Below, piece by piece: positions 62,326 through 64,000 of a stretch of DNA of 64,000 nucleotides. The stretch covers positions 34,286,001 through 34,350,000 of the forward strand of contig NC_059436.1 in assembly GCF_021028975.2 (NCBI RefSeq), in the 5' to 3' direction. Both the position numbers and the translations under genes were made by a program. Position 1 is the first letter of the stretch, and each line of letters starts with the position of its first letter. Below the pieces are notes generated by a model. The model had not been told where the DNA came from. It searched no databases and saw only the letters and a list, made by a program, of their open reading frames with translations. Origin of the DNA: Sphaerodactylus townsendi (taxonomy: Eukaryota).

Positions 62326-62907
62326 ATATTGGGACTAAAGGGGCTATGAGAAGCAAGAAGTTCGAAGCTCAAATAGAGCGTCCTCTTGCTTCTGGATCCT
62401 CTTTCACTCCTGCAACTTCCTTCTTTGAAGTGTGACAGTTCCTTCTTTGGACCTATGACCCTGCCGTAACCCCACAGCATCAATTGCCACCCTCTAGATC
62501 CGTTCCCCTGGAGATAATGGTTACTTTGGAGGGTGGACTCGCTGTTACACGGCTGTCTGTTGCCTCATCGAAAGACCCTCCCTTCCCCAAATCCCACTCC
62601 ACCCAGGCTGCACCCTCCAAATCTCCAGGTAATTCCCAACCCAGAGTTGGCAATTGTAATCACCAAGCCATGTTGTCTGTTCTGAGCCACAATAGCTCCA
62701 GGGCCTCAGCCAGGAAACCTTGCTGTCCAAGGTTTCAGGTTGGGAAATGCCTGGAAGGAATTTGGGGTGGAAAGGACAGTGCCGTTAGAGGAAGGGGAAA
62801 AATGGCTTTAGGGCAAAATAGAAGCTCTGCCCCCCCCCCCCCCAACACACCTCACTTACCTTTTTAAAGTTAAAAGAGCAGCTGCCTCTGGTCCGTGGGA
62901 GCTGCTC

Positions 62908-63230
62908 AAGAAGAAGAAGAAGAGTTTGGATTTATATCCCCCCTTTCTCTCCTGTAGGAGACTCAAAGGGGCTTACACTTCTTGTTCACCTTGCCCTCAC
63001 CAACAAACTTACACCTGGTGGAGGTGGGTGGGGTTGAGAGGAAACTCCTGAAAAAGCTGTGGGCCTAGCTCCAAGTGTCACCCAGCTGGCGTAGTGTGTG
63101 GGAGTGCACTGGCTGGAATTCGAGCTCCCCAGATGAAGCCTCCACAGCTCAGGCAGCAGAGCGGAGAATCAAACCCGGTTCCTCCAGATTAGATACACAA
63201 GCTCTTAACCTCCTATGCCACTGCTGCTCC
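62908..63230 (-). mobile_element. Squam3-like SINE
   Basis: GAA tail plus shared body, with many small insertions. Confidence 0.75.
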
Positions 63231-63289
63231 TTCAGGCCGCGGAAGCTGCCTGAAGGGAGGGGTGGGGGGAGCAATTCCACACCTGGGGC

Positions 63290-63499
63290 ATTTGTTGCCC
63301 CCCTGCCCTGTGGTTTCTCCGCCTATGGGGCGGAGTCTGAGGAAGGTAGAATTTGGAGAGGAGATTTCAATGGGGTATAATTCTGTAGAGTCCAGTTGCA
63401 AAAGCGGCCATTTTCTCCAGCCTAACTGATCTCTGTTGCTTGGAGACAGTTGTAAGAGTGGGAGATCTCCAGCTGCCACCTGGAGATTGGCAACCCTAG
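63290..63499. mobile_element. Non-autonomous DNA-transposon-like repeat ending TTGGCAACCCTA (another copy at ~62480-62655)
   Basis: Reverse-orientation homolog of 52028-52243. Confidence 0.6.
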
Positions 63500-64000
63500 T
63501 CCAAAAAGTCCTGGGACTTTCCCCAGTATGTGCCAAGCAGGTGATTTCCACCATTAGGGCCAAGAACGCCAACTTCTGAAGCAGTGGAGACGATACCTGT
63601 TGCGTTATACGCTAAATATTTGTGTTCCTCTAAAGACTAATGTTCCTAGCAGGAAAAGCGTAACTTCAGTCAGAAGGTGAAATCTCCCTGGTGGAAACCC
63701 TATGCCAGTCAAGGTGCATAGTAAAACCTTCGCCAAGTTGCTTTTTTTTGCATCCCTCTCTCTTCCAACCGTTAAGTAAATCTTGCCTGAGGAACTGTGG
63801 GAGATCTAGACCGGTGCTCCAGTGTTTTTAATTTTATTTTCGTGTCCACACACCTATCTTTTTCTTAGCGGAAAGAAGTTAACGGGAGGGAGAAATAGCA
63901 GCCATTTGTAAACATGGTAGACACATGAAAAAATGCCATACTTGTATGCAGTGACCAAGTTTAATAGCGCGTTTAGATAGATTTGAGTTGAAAACTGGGG

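Overview
Vertebrate genomic DNA, almost certainly a squamate reptile and probably a gecko, judged from its Squam3-like and Sauria SINEs and CR1/L2 LINEs. Four spliced genes were rebuilt by hand from GT-AG boundaries and phases. They are MAN1B1 exons 1-2 (minus), a complete 9-exon UAP1L1 (minus, 509 aa), a complete 6-exon SAPCD2 (plus, ~372 aa) and ENTPD2 exon 1 (plus). This matches my recollection of the gene order and relative orientation at human 9q34.3. Most of the rest is transposon-derived: L2 and CR1 LINE fragments, tRNA-, 5S- and Sauria-type SINEs, hAT MITEs with 8-bp TSDs and a TA-flanked Tc1/mariner-superfamily element. The most interesting signal is a set of short, TSD-flanked, often fold-back elements carrying minimal type-I hammerhead ribozyme motifs (CUGANGA...GAAA-NN-UH) of the kind known from Penelope-like retroelements, in at least two sequence families. 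Other notable items are a strong-context uORF just upstream of MAN1B1 and a SINE nested inside the 54-bp duplication flanking another SINE. Some repeats are indel-rich in a way that suggests unpolished long-read assembly. Repeat family names come from memory of consensus features, not from a database search, and repeat boundaries are approximate.
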